Source: an uncultured virus (IMG/VR IMGVR_UViG_3300033047_000037)
Lineage: Duplodnaviria; Heunggongvirae; Uroviricota; Caudoviricetes
Direction: 5' to 3' (one strand)
DNA length: 58,068 bases
Virus record (IMG/VR): IMGVR_UViG_3300033047_000037
The translations under genes were made by a program, and so were the position numbers. Of this stretch, positions 17,825 through 27,508 are shown one piece after another; position 1 is the first letter of the stretch; each line of letters begins with the position of its first letter. The notes beneath the pieces were generated by a model. It worked only from the letters and a program-made list of their open reading frames with translations. It was not told the origin of the DNA and did no database searches.

Positions 17825-19741
17825 ATGAGTGAAGTAGAAACAATCTCAACCAAGCTGGCGGAAGCAAGCGAGTCTTACTACAACCTGGGACAGACAGTTA
17901 TGTCTGATGCAGAGTTTGATAGGCTAAGAGATCGCTTAGAGGAATTGGACCCAGACCATCCATTCCTTTTGTCTGTTGGAACAGCAACACCTAGTAGCAG
18001 CGCCCTATCCAAGGTGAAGCATGCTATTGCTATGGGATCTTTGAAGAAGATTACCCATGACAACGGCCCGAAAGCATTTGCAACATGGTTAGCAACGGTT
18101 TCAAAAGGAATTGGCCTAGAGCCTGAATTCGCTGTTCAACACAAACTGGACGGTTCCAGCATAGCGATTACCTATAAGGATGGTCGTTTTGTCAGGGCCG
18201 TTACTCGTGGCGACGGTTTCGAAGGCGAAGATGTCAGCCACAACATTGCAAAAGCAAGACAAGTTCCCAAGACCATTCCATTTAAGGGTGTGGTTCATGT
18301 CAGGGGCGAAGTCATACTTCCTGTCAGTGTGTGGGAAAAGAATCTATCAGAGTCTACAGCAAATCCCCGCAACGCTGCCGCTGGTCTTGTTCGTCGTACA
18401 GATGGTACGAATGCAAACCTGTTGCACTTCTTTGCTTTTGATGTTGTTATTGAAGAGGGAAGAAAAAACCTATTCTCTACTGTTAAGCAGCAAACAGATC
18501 ATTTAGATGGCTGGGGTTTTCGTTCCGTAGAGACACAGGTCATTACAGCTTCGCAAGCCGAGTCTGTTGTTGATTCTATTACTGACCAGCGGGGAGTTAT
18601 TGAGTACGAAATCGATGGCATCGTATTCAAGGTCAATGAATTAGAGCATCAAGACACTTTAGGAGAGAACAAGGGTTTTCCTTATTGGGCTCGCGCATGG
18701 AAGCTTCCTCCTATGGGTGGTCATACTGTTCTCCGTAAGGTTACTTGGAACCTGCGCACCAGAGGATTGCTGGCTCCTACGGCTCATGTTGAACCGATTT
18801 CTGTTGGTGGCGTTACGATCTCTAGAGTCACTTTGCATAATGTAGACGAAATTGAACGTCTAAACATTTGCATCGGAGACACTGTTGAGGTTATCCGTGC
18901 CGGCGATGTTATTCCGAAGATCATTCGAGTTGTCAAGCAGGGAACTAATAGAACAAGCGTTCTTATAAAAGAGTTTGACGGCAACGAGACATATAGAGAC
19001 GGCCCTATGCTACGAATGAGTGGCTGGAAGGGTTCTAGCGAAGTCGAGAAGCATCGAGTCCGTAAGTGGATTGCGAAGCGCAACATTCTCAACCTGGGTG
19101 ATGCAAATCTTGATAAGCTGTGGAGCTATGGGTGCGTTAGCGAAATCGCAGACCTCTACTCGTTGACTATTGAAACTTGTGTAGCTGCAAAAATCGGAGC
19201 AGGTGTTGCAAAGAGATTCCTGCCAGAAATTGAGAAGTCTCGACAAGTTTCAAATGCAGATCTAATCGGTTGTCTAAGCATAGATTTGCTTGGTCGCCGT
19301 CAGGCGGAGATTATTCACACAGGTCTTGGTATATCTACTCTGGAAGAGTGGTCAAGACTCAGTGAGGCTAAACTAGCCGCCGCCGAAGGATTCGGCGAAA
19401 CCAAGGCTGCAAGGATTGTCGCCGGCCTAACGGAATACATTGATGAGATTCAGCATCTTCACAAGGTTCTCAATGTTGATGAATCGTCGCCCGCAGCGCC
19501 GAAGCAGGGGACTCTTAGTGGGAAGAACTTCTGCTTTACTGGATCGATGTCAACGCCCCGTAAGCGACTTCAATCGCTCGTGGAAGACAACGGAGGCTCC
19601 TGTTCTTCCTCAGTCTCCAAGGGGCTTGACTACCTCGTTATCGCAGACCCCAGCAGCACTTCTTCTAAGGCAAAGAAAGCCAGAGACTTTGGGACCGTCC
19701 TTATCTCAGAGGCAGTCTTCCTTGCTATGGCTGAAGTCTAA
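17825..19741 (+). CDS. ligA: NAD-dependent DNA ligase
   Basis: YY...MSDAEFDRL, HKLDG adenylation motif, VTRGDG..GEDV, NPRNAAAG, EIDGIVFK, RAGDVIPKI, HhH repeats, C-terminal BRCT; GAGGA RBS before ATG 17825. Confidence 0.95.
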   Translation: MSEVETISTKLAEASESYYNLGQTVMSDAEFDRLRDRLEELDPDHPFLLSVGTATPSSSALSKVKHAIAMGSLKKITHDNGPKAFATWLATVSKGIGLEPEFAVQHKLDGSSIAITYKDGRFVRAVTRGDGFEGEDVSHNIAKARQVPKTIPFKGVVHVRGEVILPVSVWEKNLSESTANPRNAAAGLVRRTDGTNANLLHFFAFDVVIEEGRKNLFSTVKQQTDHLDGWGFRSVETQVITASQAESVVDSITDQRGVIEYEIDGIVFKVNELEHQDTLGENKGFPYWARAWKLPPMGGHTVLRKVTWNLRTRGLLAPTAHVEPISVGGVTISRVTLHNVDEIERLNICIGDTVEVIRAGDVIPKIIRVVKQGTNRTSVLIKEFDGNETYRDGPMLRMSGWKGSSEVEKHRVRKWIAKRNILNLGDANLDKLWSYGCVSEIADLYSLTIETCVAAKIGAGVAKRFLPEIEKSRQVSNADLIGCLSIDLLGRRQAEIIHTGLGISTLEEWSRLSEAKLAAAEGFGETKAARIVAGLTEYIDEIQHLHKVLNVDESSPAAPKQGTLSGKNFCFTGSMSTPRKRLQSLVEDNGGSCSSSVSKGLDYLVIADPSSTSSKAKKARDFGTVLISEAVFLAMAEV

Positions 19742-19805
19742 AAAGACTTCAAATAGAGTGATTCAGTCTGGGTTGCCTTCATTATTGATCGATGAAAGGA
19801 TAGCA

Positions 19806-20021
19806 ATGCATGAGAATCCCATTACAACGATGGTTGAATTGAAAGACCGTCTCAAAGAGTTGGAGTGCTATGAATCCCACTCATTTGAAGCATGGTACGA
19901 TACTCCTATTCCTCACTTCGACTATGAGTCTCCTCGCTTCATGTTTGAGACGGGCGACATGGATAAACTAACCAGCGTTTTGATATGGATAGAAAAAGGC
20001 CATCACGGAAGCTGCGCCTAA
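19806..20021 (+). CDS. stand-alone Xre/MbcA/ParS antitoxin C-terminal (DUF2384-like) domain protein
   Basis: AAAGGA RBS; EAWYDTPIPHFDYESPRFMFETGDMDKLTSVLIWIEKG follows the W..P...L.G..P..L...G...V...L..IE.G pattern. Confidence 0.6.
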   Translation: MHENPITTMVELKDRLKELECYESHSFEAWYDTPIPHFDYESPRFMFETGDMDKLTSVLIWIEKGHHGSCA

Positions 20022-20049
20022 TAACCGACAATTAGTCTGGTGAATAACT

Positions 20050-20084
20050 CTCCGGTTGCTCAATGCAGTCGGAGAATTTTATTT
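20050..20084 (+). terminator. intrinsic terminator after the ligase operon
   Basis: CTCCGGTTGC-TCAAT-GCAGTCGGAG followed by AATTTTATTT. Confidence 0.7.
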
Positions 20085-20226
20085 GTGATAGATTGAAATA
20101 GAATTTACAAACTGCCGATTAAAGTGAAGTAAAAACAAGTAAACTACTTGTTGTTAGGATTGAACAGTTTTTCGCTAAGGAGATTAGCCATGTGACATGA
20201 AAGGGAATTTATAAAAATATACTAAG

Positions 20227-20530
20227 AGTTTCGATGTCTCAAGGTAGTAGATCTGTGAAGGTACGACCAAAGTGCAAAGAGCAAAAAGTAATACATTATA
20301 TATTAAGATGGCTTTTTGCCAGGACAAACATTGAGAGTCTAGCTGTGCGATTTTGAAGGAAGCGTTCCATGTGCGGAAGCCATGGCGCAGTAAGACGGCA
20401 ACAAATATAAATATTAAGACTATAGGCCGTCTTCGTGAGCATCCAGAGAAATTCTACTCAGCCAAGTGGATTTACGAGACTGAAACTACCAACGCAAGCC
20501 GTTCCTCGATTAGGGGGCGGCTTTTTATTT
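20227..20530 (+). ncRNA. putative ~300-nt structured non-coding RNA ending in a terminator
   Basis: Closing helix AGUUUCG.AU.GUCUC (20227-40)/GAGAC-UGAAACU (20476-87); inner stems GCAAAGAGC/GCUUUUUGC, CCAUG.GC-GGAA-GC-CAUGG, AAGACGGC/GCCGUCUU, AUCCA/UGGAU. Confidence 0.55.
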
Positions 20531-20531
20531 T
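20496..20531 (+). terminator. intrinsic terminator
   Basis: AAGCCGTTCCT...AGGGGGCGGCTT followed by TTTATTTT. Confidence 0.85.
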
Positions 20532-20575
20532 GTGAACGAAACATACGACAATGAGGCAGAGGACGATACATTGGT

Positions 20576-20920
20576 ATGAGTACACGAGAGATTCCACAAG
20601 AATTAGCAGAAATGATGGCTGTCAGCGCTCTTATACAGTTCGCTGAAAAGTATGAAGAGAGATTCAGAACGGGAGAAGTTCACGAAGAAGACCGCTGCGA
20701 TTACAGAGCCAAGCTTGTTGAAGATATGCTTTGGGTCTTTTATAAGGACAACAGAGAAGAGATTCCCATTTCTAAGCCAAGAAAAGCTATGACAAATCGG
20801 GAACTTGTAGACTTCATAAACGAAGAAGCCCTATTCTATATACAGGAAGACAATCCACTTTTTCTCAGAAAAGACTGGAATGGAACCTATGAGATCATCA
20901 CAGATGACGATCTTTTTTGA
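20576..20920 (+). CDS. hypothetical protein
   Basis: 114 aa; GAGGA and ACGATAC immediately upstream. Confidence 0.75.
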   Translation: MSTREIPQELAEMMAVSALIQFAEKYEERFRTGEVHEEDRCDYRAKLVEDMLWVFYKDNREEIPISKPRKAMTNRELVDFINEEALFYIQEDNPLFLRKDWNGTYEIITDDDLF

Positions 20921-20986
20921 AATATGACAAGGATAACGCTCCGAATTGCCTGAAATGAACACTTAGGCCCTACAGGAGCGAATTGT

Positions 20987-21217
20987 ATGTCTTGGTATAA
21001 GAATGTAAAAACAGCACAGTTCAACACAAAGGCAAGAGAAGCTCGCTATCGTGGAACAATCGTCTACGAGGTTTATGTGCCAGAGAACGGCATGAATCCC
21101 GACGCCGAGCAAGCCGCTGCCAAGGCCGCTGCCGACAGTCTGTACACCCAACTCTTTCAAGTCGTTGGCGATAAGCTCCCACTTGGAGCAGAAGACCCAC
21201 AAAAGATTTCTCTCTAA
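20987..21217 (+). CDS. small protein carrying the WY..K.AQ tag
   Basis: AGGAG RBS; begins MSWYKNVKTAQF. Confidence 0.8.
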   Translation: MSWYKNVKTAQFNTKAREARYRGTIVYEVYVPENGMNPDAEQAAAKAAADSLYTQLFQVVGDKLPLGAEDPQKISL

Positions 21218-21897
21218 GAGCGAAGTACGATTATCGAGGTCTCAAAGTTTTCTATAACTTCATAGTTTTTGGTTATGCTTTTTGCCAGTATCCGTGCGCT
21301 CTTATCAGAGAAGCAATGCGCCGCAGCCAAATATCGCTTAGCGGGGTTTTGCTCTAAAGGCACAGAGATTATAATCTGACCATCTTTGTCCAGTCTGGAC
21401 AGGCACTTTATGATATCATTGTAAGGGTCGTAGCAAAACTCAAGATAATCAACCAGTAATACAATATCAAATCTTTCGTCTTCATGTATAGAGGAAGCAT
21501 CTCCTATTCTTGCATTAGGAGAAAGATGCGGTAGATAGAACTTATCTAGAGACAGTCCTTGGTAAGAAGTTTCTTCGTTAAGTACTTGTTCAAAACTTCC
21601 ATCTTGGCAATCAAGTTCGAGTATTCTTGATGGGTTTTTAGAAAAGCGCCCGAGCAAATGTAGTTTGGTTCTGTTTTCAGACCTCTTACGACTGGCATGA
21701 CTATTGGTTAGTGTATTTTGCAGGACTTCTCGATAGACGCTTCTTTGTCTATTTCTAAGTCTCATGAGTTGGTATCTCATTGACTTTTCATCGGCGCAGT
21801 TCCATATATGCTTGCAGCGATTGCATTGCATATACTTGTAAAAATGCATTCGAACTTTTTCCGAAGATTTAGAATTGCAAATAGGACAATAGGCCAT
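21214..21897 (-). CDS. Zn-ribbon plus class I SAM-dependent methyltransferase-like protein
   Basis: CPIC...CNRC; RILELDCQDG (degenerate motif I); FDIVLLVDYLEFCYDP; G.IIISVP. Confidence 0.75.
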   Translation of the reverse strand: MAYCPICNSKSSEKVRMHFYKYMQCNRCKHIWNCADEKSMRYQLMRLRNRQRSVYREVLQNTLTNSHASRKRSENRTKLHLLGRFSKNPSRILELDCQDGSFEQVLNEETSYQGLSLDKFYLPHLSPNARIGDASSIHEDERFDIVLLVDYLEFCYDPYNDIIKCLSRLDKDGQIIISVPLEQNPAKRYLAAAHCFSDKSARILAKSITKNYEVIENFETSIIVLRS

Positions 21898-21912
21898 ACA
21901 TATATATCGTCT

Positions 21913-22524
21913 TTAGATAATTATCATATTGTCAACTATCTCTTCGTAATCTGACGATGAAGGATACCACCCCATCGGTCCAATGGCGGCGGCAGATTTT
22001 ATACTTCTTTCATAAGTTTCAAACCAAGAAGAGATCTTACTGGGGCTAGCTTTGTAAAGATGATTCTTACTTACCCCAGTATATTTTTCAGCTTTCTCAT
22101 CAGCTTCTTTTCGAATGTCTTTCCATTCTTCTACAGTATCCGCAACCGGACCCCAATGTAGTAATTTTGAATCAGTTGACATGGCCCAATACTCAATTGG
22201 GATTTCTTTAGAAGAGCAGATAAGCTTTTTTGTAAAAGAAACGGCCAGCGGGTTGAATCCCTCATCTTCTAATTCTTCAGGCCTTATTCTAAAAGGCCCA
22301 GATGGTCCTTTGTCGATAGCAAGAAGGTCTCCAGAGTTGAAATTGCAAAATACAAGCAAGTCAACTTCTCGAACAGGAGCATTTGCTTTCTTTATGTTAT
22401 CAGCAAAAGAGCCCCACAACCCTACCTTCTCAACACCCTGCATGGCAGATATTGAAGATATAGATTGCTTAACGCTCGGTAAAAGCTTGCAAGTAGTGGG
22501 TTGGGCTCTTTCGTACCAGTGCAT
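21913..22524 (-). CDS. pol-beta-like nucleotidyltransferase-fold protein
   Basis: VGLWGSFA...VREVDLLV (GS...[D/E]xD); begins MHWYERAQ. Confidence 0.6.
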   Translation of the reverse strand: MHWYERAQPTTCKLLPSVKQSISSISAMQGVEKVGLWGSFADNIKKANAPVREVDLLVFCNFNSGDLLAIDKGPSGPFRIRPEELEDEGFNPLAVSFTKKLICSSKEIPIEYWAMSTDSKLLHWGPVADTVEEWKDIRKEADEKAEKYTGVSKNHLYKASPSKISSWFETYERSIKSAAAIGPMGWYPSSSDYEEIVDNMIII

Positions 22525-22640
22525 GAATAAGTATTGTGTGAAAACTTCTTATAAACCTTCCTGTAACCTATCGTCGTTTTCTAGGCCGCTCAACAAGTGA
22601 CTAATGATTTGGTATATTAGATTAGAAAGGTTAGTAAATT

Positions 22641-23120
22641 ATGAGTGAATTTGGTATTCCAGAAGATTTTGGTCCTCTTATAAGTCGTATCGAAGAACGC
22701 AAACCATTGATTGCAGGACTAGTAGATAATCTGACAGAAGAAATAGAGTTACTAAAAACTCACCCATTATGTCCTCCTCCTCCTCAACTTATCAAAAGCC
22801 TAGAGGAACACGTTCGAGATCACAAAATCATTCGTCGTCGGTGGGAGATCTTTGTAGAAAAAATACGATATGTAAAGACAGAAGGGTTATCTGCGGCAGA
22901 TAAGAAAAATATTGGCCTTGAATTTGGAGAGATACTGGCAATTGATAAGAGTGTCAAAAGGAAATGGGGAGACATCAGTTACGAACTCAAAGACTGGAGA
23001 GATAGCCTGAGCGAACTTACCTCTATGATTGAAGACTACGACCTTGATGACGAGCATTATGATCTGGGTGAAGACTTTGATGACGAGGAAGATTTTGCCG
23101 ATGATGACACTGACTTTTGA
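22641..23120 (+). CDS. hypothetical helical protein with acidic tail
   Basis: AAAGG RBS, 159 aa; TGGTATATT extended -10 upstream. Confidence 0.75.
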   Translation: MSEFGIPEDFGPLISRIEERKPLIAGLVDNLTEEIELLKTHPLCPPPPQLIKSLEEHVRDHKIIRRRWEIFVEKIRYVKTEGLSAADKKNIGLEFGEILAIDKSVKRKWGDISYELKDWRDSLSELTSMIEDYDLDDEHYDLGEDFDDEEDFADDDTDF

Positions 23121-23132
23121 GCAGGAGGACTC

Positions 23133-23912
23133 ATGCGGCAATATCACGATCTTTTGCGCCATATCTTAAATAACGGTATCGAAAAAGCAGATAGAACAGG
23201 AACGGGCACTCGTGCCGTTTTTGGTCACCAGATGAGATTTGACCTCTCTGAGGGCTTTCCGCTGCTAACTACGAAGAAACTGCACACCCGTTCGATTATC
23301 TATGAGCTTTTGTGGTTTCTTAGGGGTGAGACGAACATCAAGTATCTACAAGACAATGGTGTTAAGATTTGGGATGAATGGGCTGACGAGAATGGAGATC
23401 TTGGCCCAGTCTACGGAAAGCAATGGAGAGACTTCAATGGGGTTGACCAAATTGCTAACGTTTTACACTCAATAAAGACAAATCCAGATTCTCGACGACA
23501 TATAGTAACAGCCTGGAACCCTGCTGATGTTCCTAAAATGGCACTGCCTCCCTGCCACTGTTTATATCAATTCTTCGTCGCAGACGGAAAATTATCCTGT
23601 CAACTTTATCAAAGAAGCTGTGATGTTTTTCTTGGCGTACCATTTAACATCGCATCATATTCTTTTCTGACTCATATGGTTGCAAAAGTCTGCGACTTAG
23701 AGGTTGGCGATTTTGTTTGGACTGGCGGAGATGTCCATCTATATTCTAATCACATAGAACAGTCAAAAGAACAACTAAAAAGAGAACCAAAACCTCTTCC
23801 TAAATTGACACTTGCTCGCAATCCCGAATTCATCAACCGTTTTGAGTATGAAGACTTCGTGTTTGAAGGCTATGATCCATATCCTTCGATAAAAGCTCCC
23901 ATAGCAGTATGA
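23133..23912 (+). CDS. thyA: thymidylate synthase
   Basis: [60 protein letters not shown]. Confidence 0.98.
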   Translation: MRQYHDLLRHILNNGIEKADRTGTGTRAVFGHQMRFDLSEGFPLLTTKKLHTRSIIYELLWFLRGETNIKYLQDNGVKIWDEWADENGDLGPVYGKQWRDFNGVDQIANVLHSIKTNPDSRRHIVTAWNPADVPKMALPPCHCLYQFFVADGKLSCQLYQRSCDVFLGVPFNIASYSFLTHMVAKVCDLEVGDFVWTGGDVHLYSNHIEQSKEQLKREPKPLPKLTLARNPEFINRFEYEDFVFEGYDPYPSIKAPIAV

Positions 23913-24481
23913 TAGCAGGCATAAAAATAAATCTAATAGTGGCAGCCTCTAAGAATGATGTTATAGGTAAAGACAATGCTTTGCCCTGGCGTCAATCTGC
24001 CGATTTAAAGAGATTCAAAGAATTGACGATGGATCACGCAGTAATAATGGGAAGGAAGACTTATGAGTCCTTGCCTGGAGATTTGCCGGGTCGCAAACAA
24101 GTAGTTATGACGAGAAGCGATGACTACGAGGTTAGAGAAGGAACAGAGAAAGCCTTTTCTGTTGGCTCTGCTTTGTCCATTGGTGTTGAATTATCAGGTA
24201 AGAATGATGTTTTTGTTATAGGCGGAAGCTCTATCTTTAAGATGTTTATGCCGATAGCAGATATTGTATACTTGACTCAAATAGATTCCAGAGTTGACGG
24301 AGATACCTTCTTTAGCTTGCCAAAAGGTCATTGGGACTTAGTGAAGGAGAAATCCTTCGAGGCAGACAATAAGAATCAATATGGATACGCCTTCCAAGTT
24401 TACACGAGATCTATACGGAGCGAGAATGTTTATTCTAGCGGACATAGAAGCGACATGTTGGGAACAACACAAGAAAGTTGA
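23909..24481 (+). CDS. folA: dihydrofolate reductase
   Basis: LIVAAS.N.VIG..N.LPW...DLKRFK.LT...[20 protein letters not shown]; coupled to thyA. Confidence 0.95.
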   Translation: MIAGIKINLIVAASKNDVIGKDNALPWRQSADLKRFKELTMDHAVIMGRKTYESLPGDLPGRKQVVMTRSDDYEVREGTEKAFSVGSALSIGVELSGKNDVFVIGGSSIFKMFMPIADIVYLTQIDSRVDGDTFFSLPKGHWDLVKEKSFEADNKNQYGYAFQVYTRSIRSENVYSSGHRSDMLGTTQES

Positions 24482-24953
24482 CGATAACGAGATAATTGAA
24501 ATCGGATTTTTGGTATGTAACGTAAAAGGAGAAGTCCTTGATTCATACCAGACATTCGTAAAACCAGTTACGAATATCAAGCTTTCAGGGTTTTGTAAAA
24601 AGTTAACAGGCATTGAACAGCGATGGGTCAATGATGCTCCTTCTCTTTTTGATGCTGTTTCCGATATTGCACGATGGTTTGATTTGAGATACAGCATAAA
24701 TAGTAGTCAGATGGCCTGGACTTCTTGGGGAGACTGGGATCCTGTCTGCTTTGAAAAAGATTGCGATCGTCATAAGATTGCTATGCCCTTTGGTAATCAT
24801 GTAGATCTCAAGCAGCATTACTTCAATCTTAGAGGGGTTGAAGTTGGATTAAGGGAAGCTACAGAAAGAGAAGGTTTCCCTTGGAGAGGAAGAAGACACC
24901 GAGCTATTGCTGATGCAGAGAATTCTCTCAATATAGCCCGATTAGTGTTGTAA
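24426..24953 (+). CDS. DEDDh 3'-5' exonuclease (ERI1/KapD-like)
   Basis: DIEATC, EIIEIG, FCKKLTGI, SWGDWD, HRAIADA; GGAG RBS before ATG 24426. Confidence 0.9.
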   Translation: MFILADIEATCWEQHKKVDDNEIIEIGFLVCNVKGEVLDSYQTFVKPVTNIKLSGFCKKLTGIEQRWVNDAPSLFDAVSDIARWFDLRYSINSSQMAWTSWGDWDPVCFEKDCDRHKIAMPFGNHVDLKQHYFNLRGVEVGLREATEREGFPWRGRRHRAIADAENSLNIARLVL

Positions 24954-24963
24954 GGTAAATAAT

Positions 24964-25878
24964 ATGTCTGTAAATAACAAACCAGGAAGCCGACCATTTA
25001 TAAGCGAAATAAACAGATTACCTGTTGTCGTTATACGAGGCTTCGTTGGTGGGTTTAACCTAAGTTGCGATACGGACGAAAACCAGTTTGGAACTCCTTG
25101 TTGGTGGAGGGGCGAAAAGGCTATAGATAATTTAATAAACAGAGTGGAAACTCTCTACAACCAAGGCTGGCGAAGAATATGGTTCTCTCAGCCTATGGGA
25201 GGAACAGAAAATGGCCTTATACCAAGCTCAAGTTGGACCCCATTAACGGATGAAAAAAAGGAAGGCCTATTAGGAGAATTTAAGGACTACCTTGAAACGA
25301 GACCCGATTTAAGTATGGGACTATATGTTGGTTTTCCTTTGAGCGAGTCTTCTTCCAGTCTTTTTGCCTTAACTAGTTCTGTGCGTTCTTATGATTTTAA
25401 GAATCAAGCGGACATGGTACAAATGAGGGAAAATCTTTTACCCTGGTCTGAGGTTGGTATTTCCGAAATTAGTTGTAGTCTTGCGGGAAACGACATTTAT
25501 AAGAATGCATTTTTACAATACGCTAGGATTAGTTGGACAAAAGGTATAATATGTCGAGGGGAACCTTTCCCAAAGATAAAACAAGAAGACGGTATGGTTA
25601 TTCCGGATGAAGAATATATAAACAGTACACCATGGATGTTCTTTGAACAAGAACTGGATCGTTCTGATTCTTCAGAATCATGGACCAATTGGGAAATAGA
25701 CCCAGAAAGATCCGATGTTGCGATAGTTCTTCAGGGAAGAGAAGGTTCTTTGACTGAGACAGATTCAGCAGAAGCTAGAGCATACATAGACAACTGGTAT
25801 GACCGTGGTTTTAATCTTGTGGCCTGGAGGGGAATGTCCTGGTATTCTAGATATATACTTTCAAAGTATAATCAATGA
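24964..25878 (+). CDS. hypothetical protein, possible glycoside-hydrolase-like TIM barrel
   Basis: Trp-rich; GWRRIWFSQPMG and MGLYVG resemble QRFMMWTPSG and VGYYWG in 37383..41480. Confidence 0.55.
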   Translation: MSVNNKPGSRPFISEINRLPVVVIRGFVGGFNLSCDTDENQFGTPCWWRGEKAIDNLINRVETLYNQGWRRIWFSQPMGGTENGLIPSSSWTPLTDEKKEGLLGEFKDYLETRPDLSMGLYVGFPLSESSSSLFALTSSVRSYDFKNQADMVQMRENLLPWSEVGISEISCSLAGNDIYKNAFLQYARISWTKGIICRGEPFPKIKQEDGMVIPDEEYINSTPWMFFEQELDRSDSSESWTNWEIDPERSDVAIVLQGREGSLTETDSAEARAYIDNWYDRGFNLVAWRGMSWYSRYILSKYNQ

Positions 25879-26720
25879 GCAAGCTGTTCTAATACGCCGA
25901 CATGATGGCGACTTCGCCTTCCTACCTGACCGAACCACTTACTGTCAACCAATTCCGCCGCTGCTGTTCTATAGTCGCCTTGAGCCATTGCAACTTTGAA
26001 CTTAGGGAATGTAGAAGCCATTTTTGAATATCCCATATTGAATACAAGGTCAACAAGAATTTGCTGAGCAGGGAAGGGATGTCTATCGAAATTGGGAAAT
26101 ATAGATCTTGCTCCCTTTTCGGCTTCCTCAGTGTGGCGACCTAAAATGGTCTGTATTTGTTGACTATTAAGCGATTGATTTCCTGCCATGATTGCATCAT
26201 AATCTGCGCCAACAGAAGCTAGCGTTTCACGAGCATCAGACATTTCTAGATTAAACCCAACTCCAATTGTTCTATTGCCTTTCGTATCTGTATAAACTCG
26301 TTCCTCGGTTCCTTCCCATTGCGTAATGAAGTGGCCGAATGGATTTTGTCTCACAGACGAAGGTGATACGCTTTCTAATTGATCTTGAGGTTGTGGCGCT
26401 TTAGATAGCTGAGAAGCAAAAGGGTCTTTAGCTTGAGTATCTCTTGGTGTTTGATATCCGGAAGGGTTTTGAAGATTTAGTTGAAGTTCTTGTATTACTT
26501 CTTGAGGAGCAGTTTCTATTATTTGTTGAGCCTTAGCTTCATCTTGTCCGACATGAAGTCGAGCTTCTTGTTGTGTGACTCCAGTGGTTGCCATCCAAAT
26601 CATGATAGCAGCAGGAATCGCACCAATGCCCATTCCTGCTAGGAGGCCGTTTTTTATACCTTGCCAATCTAGGGCTTCCCGTTTCATTTGTTCCGTTTTT
26701 GCGTTTACATACCAGTTCAT
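25872..26720 (-). CDS. T4-lysozyme-like (GH24) muramidase with N-terminal tag and hydrophobic segment
   Basis: WEG....YTDTKGNRTIGVGFNL (E-8x-D-5x-T), LVDLVFNMG, AAAELVDSKWFGQVGRR; starts MNWYVNAKTEQ. Confidence 0.9.
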   Translation of the reverse strand: MNWYVNAKTEQMKREALDWQGIKNGLLAGMGIGAIPAAIMIWMATTGVTQQEARLHVGQDEAKAQQIIETAPQEVIQELQLNLQNPSGYQTPRDTQAKDPFASQLSKAPQPQDQLESVSPSSVRQNPFGHFITQWEGTEERVYTDTKGNRTIGVGFNLEMSDARETLASVGADYDAIMAGNQSLNSQQIQTILGRHTEEAEKGARSIFPNFDRHPFPAQQILVDLVFNMGYSKMASTFPKFKVAMAQGDYRTAAAELVDSKWFGQVGRRSRHHVGVLEQLAH

Positions 26721-26752
26721 ATAACACATTTCGTCTTTGTGTAAGTTTTACC

Positions 26753-26781
26753 TTCAATGACTGAAGGTGCAAGTCATTGAA
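26753..26781. promoter_or_regulatory. inverted repeat in the divergent promoter gap
   Basis: TTCAATGACT-N9-AGTCATTGAA. Confidence 0.55.
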
Positions 26782-26795
26782 ACTATAAGGAGAAA

Positions 26796-27140
26796 ATGAC
26801 GATGATAGAAGAAGTTCCACAGGAGCCAGTAATGGATATATATAGTGAAATGAAAATTCAAGCCATGTCGAGTGCCAATGATATTCTCAAAAACATAGTG
26901 ACAGCATCTCAGGATGCTTCAAAGAAGATAGCAGGAGAATCTCTAAGCGTTTATAAAGAACTAGTAGAATGGGACTGGTTCGAGCATCACCCCATCGAAA
27001 ATCAAGAAAATCACTGGCTCTATGTAACAATGATTGCCCAAACACAGTACCGTCATCTCAAGTGGAAACATGAGAATCCCAAGAAAGAGAAGCAAACTCT
27101 TACTAAGTGGGAGAGGGTTGTCGGCAAGGCGAGTAGATAA
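26796..27140 (+). CDS. hypothetical protein
   Basis: AAGGAG RBS, 114 aa. Confidence 0.75.
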   Translation: MTMIEEVPQEPVMDIYSEMKIQAMSSANDILKNIVTASQDASKKIAGESLSVYKELVEWDWFEHHPIENQENHWLYVTMIAQTQYRHLKWKHENPKKEKQTLTKWERVVGKASR

Positions 27141-27142
27141 TA

Positions 27143-27508
27143 TTGTTTTTTATTCTTTCTATTTTAGGGGCTTTAGGCTTAGCTGTTCTTTTGGTGGAAA
27201 AGGGCGATGATTGGCCGATTTCGTTCTGGAAACCATACTTATCAAGATTTCTCAACCTATTTCACGATAGAGCGAGTGAGATGTTGGATTGTACGGTTTG
27301 TACTAGTTTCTGGACTGCGCTCGTAATTGATTGCATGATTTTTCTTCTTTCTGGTGGAATATACTTCATGTGGCCTGTTACGGGCTTCGCTGCGTGCGGA
27401 GTGACATGGCTCATTTATCAAATATTAGAACTTTTTGATAAGGCTTTTGAAGATGGAGGAAGACATGTGGACAATACTTCGATACATGACGGAACCAGTG
27501 AAGATTAG
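27143..27508 (+). CDS. small multi-pass membrane protein (DUF1360-like CxxC..W)
   Basis: Three hydrophobic segments; MLDCTVCTSFW. Confidence 0.65.
   Translation: MFFILSILGALGLAVLLVEKGDDWPISFWKPYLSRFLNLFHDRASEMLDCTVCTSFWTALVIDCMIFLLSGGIYFMWPVTGFAACGVTWLIYQILELFDKAFEDGGRHVDNTSIHDGTSED

Noticed and set aside
19440..19805. 5' part of ORF 19440..20021
   Set aside because: Shadow frame of ligA; the RBS-supported start is 19806.
20330..20490. Group I intron core (GAGAGTCT / GAGACTG)
   Set aside because: The candidate P7 strands are in the wrong order and no interrupted exon flanks them.
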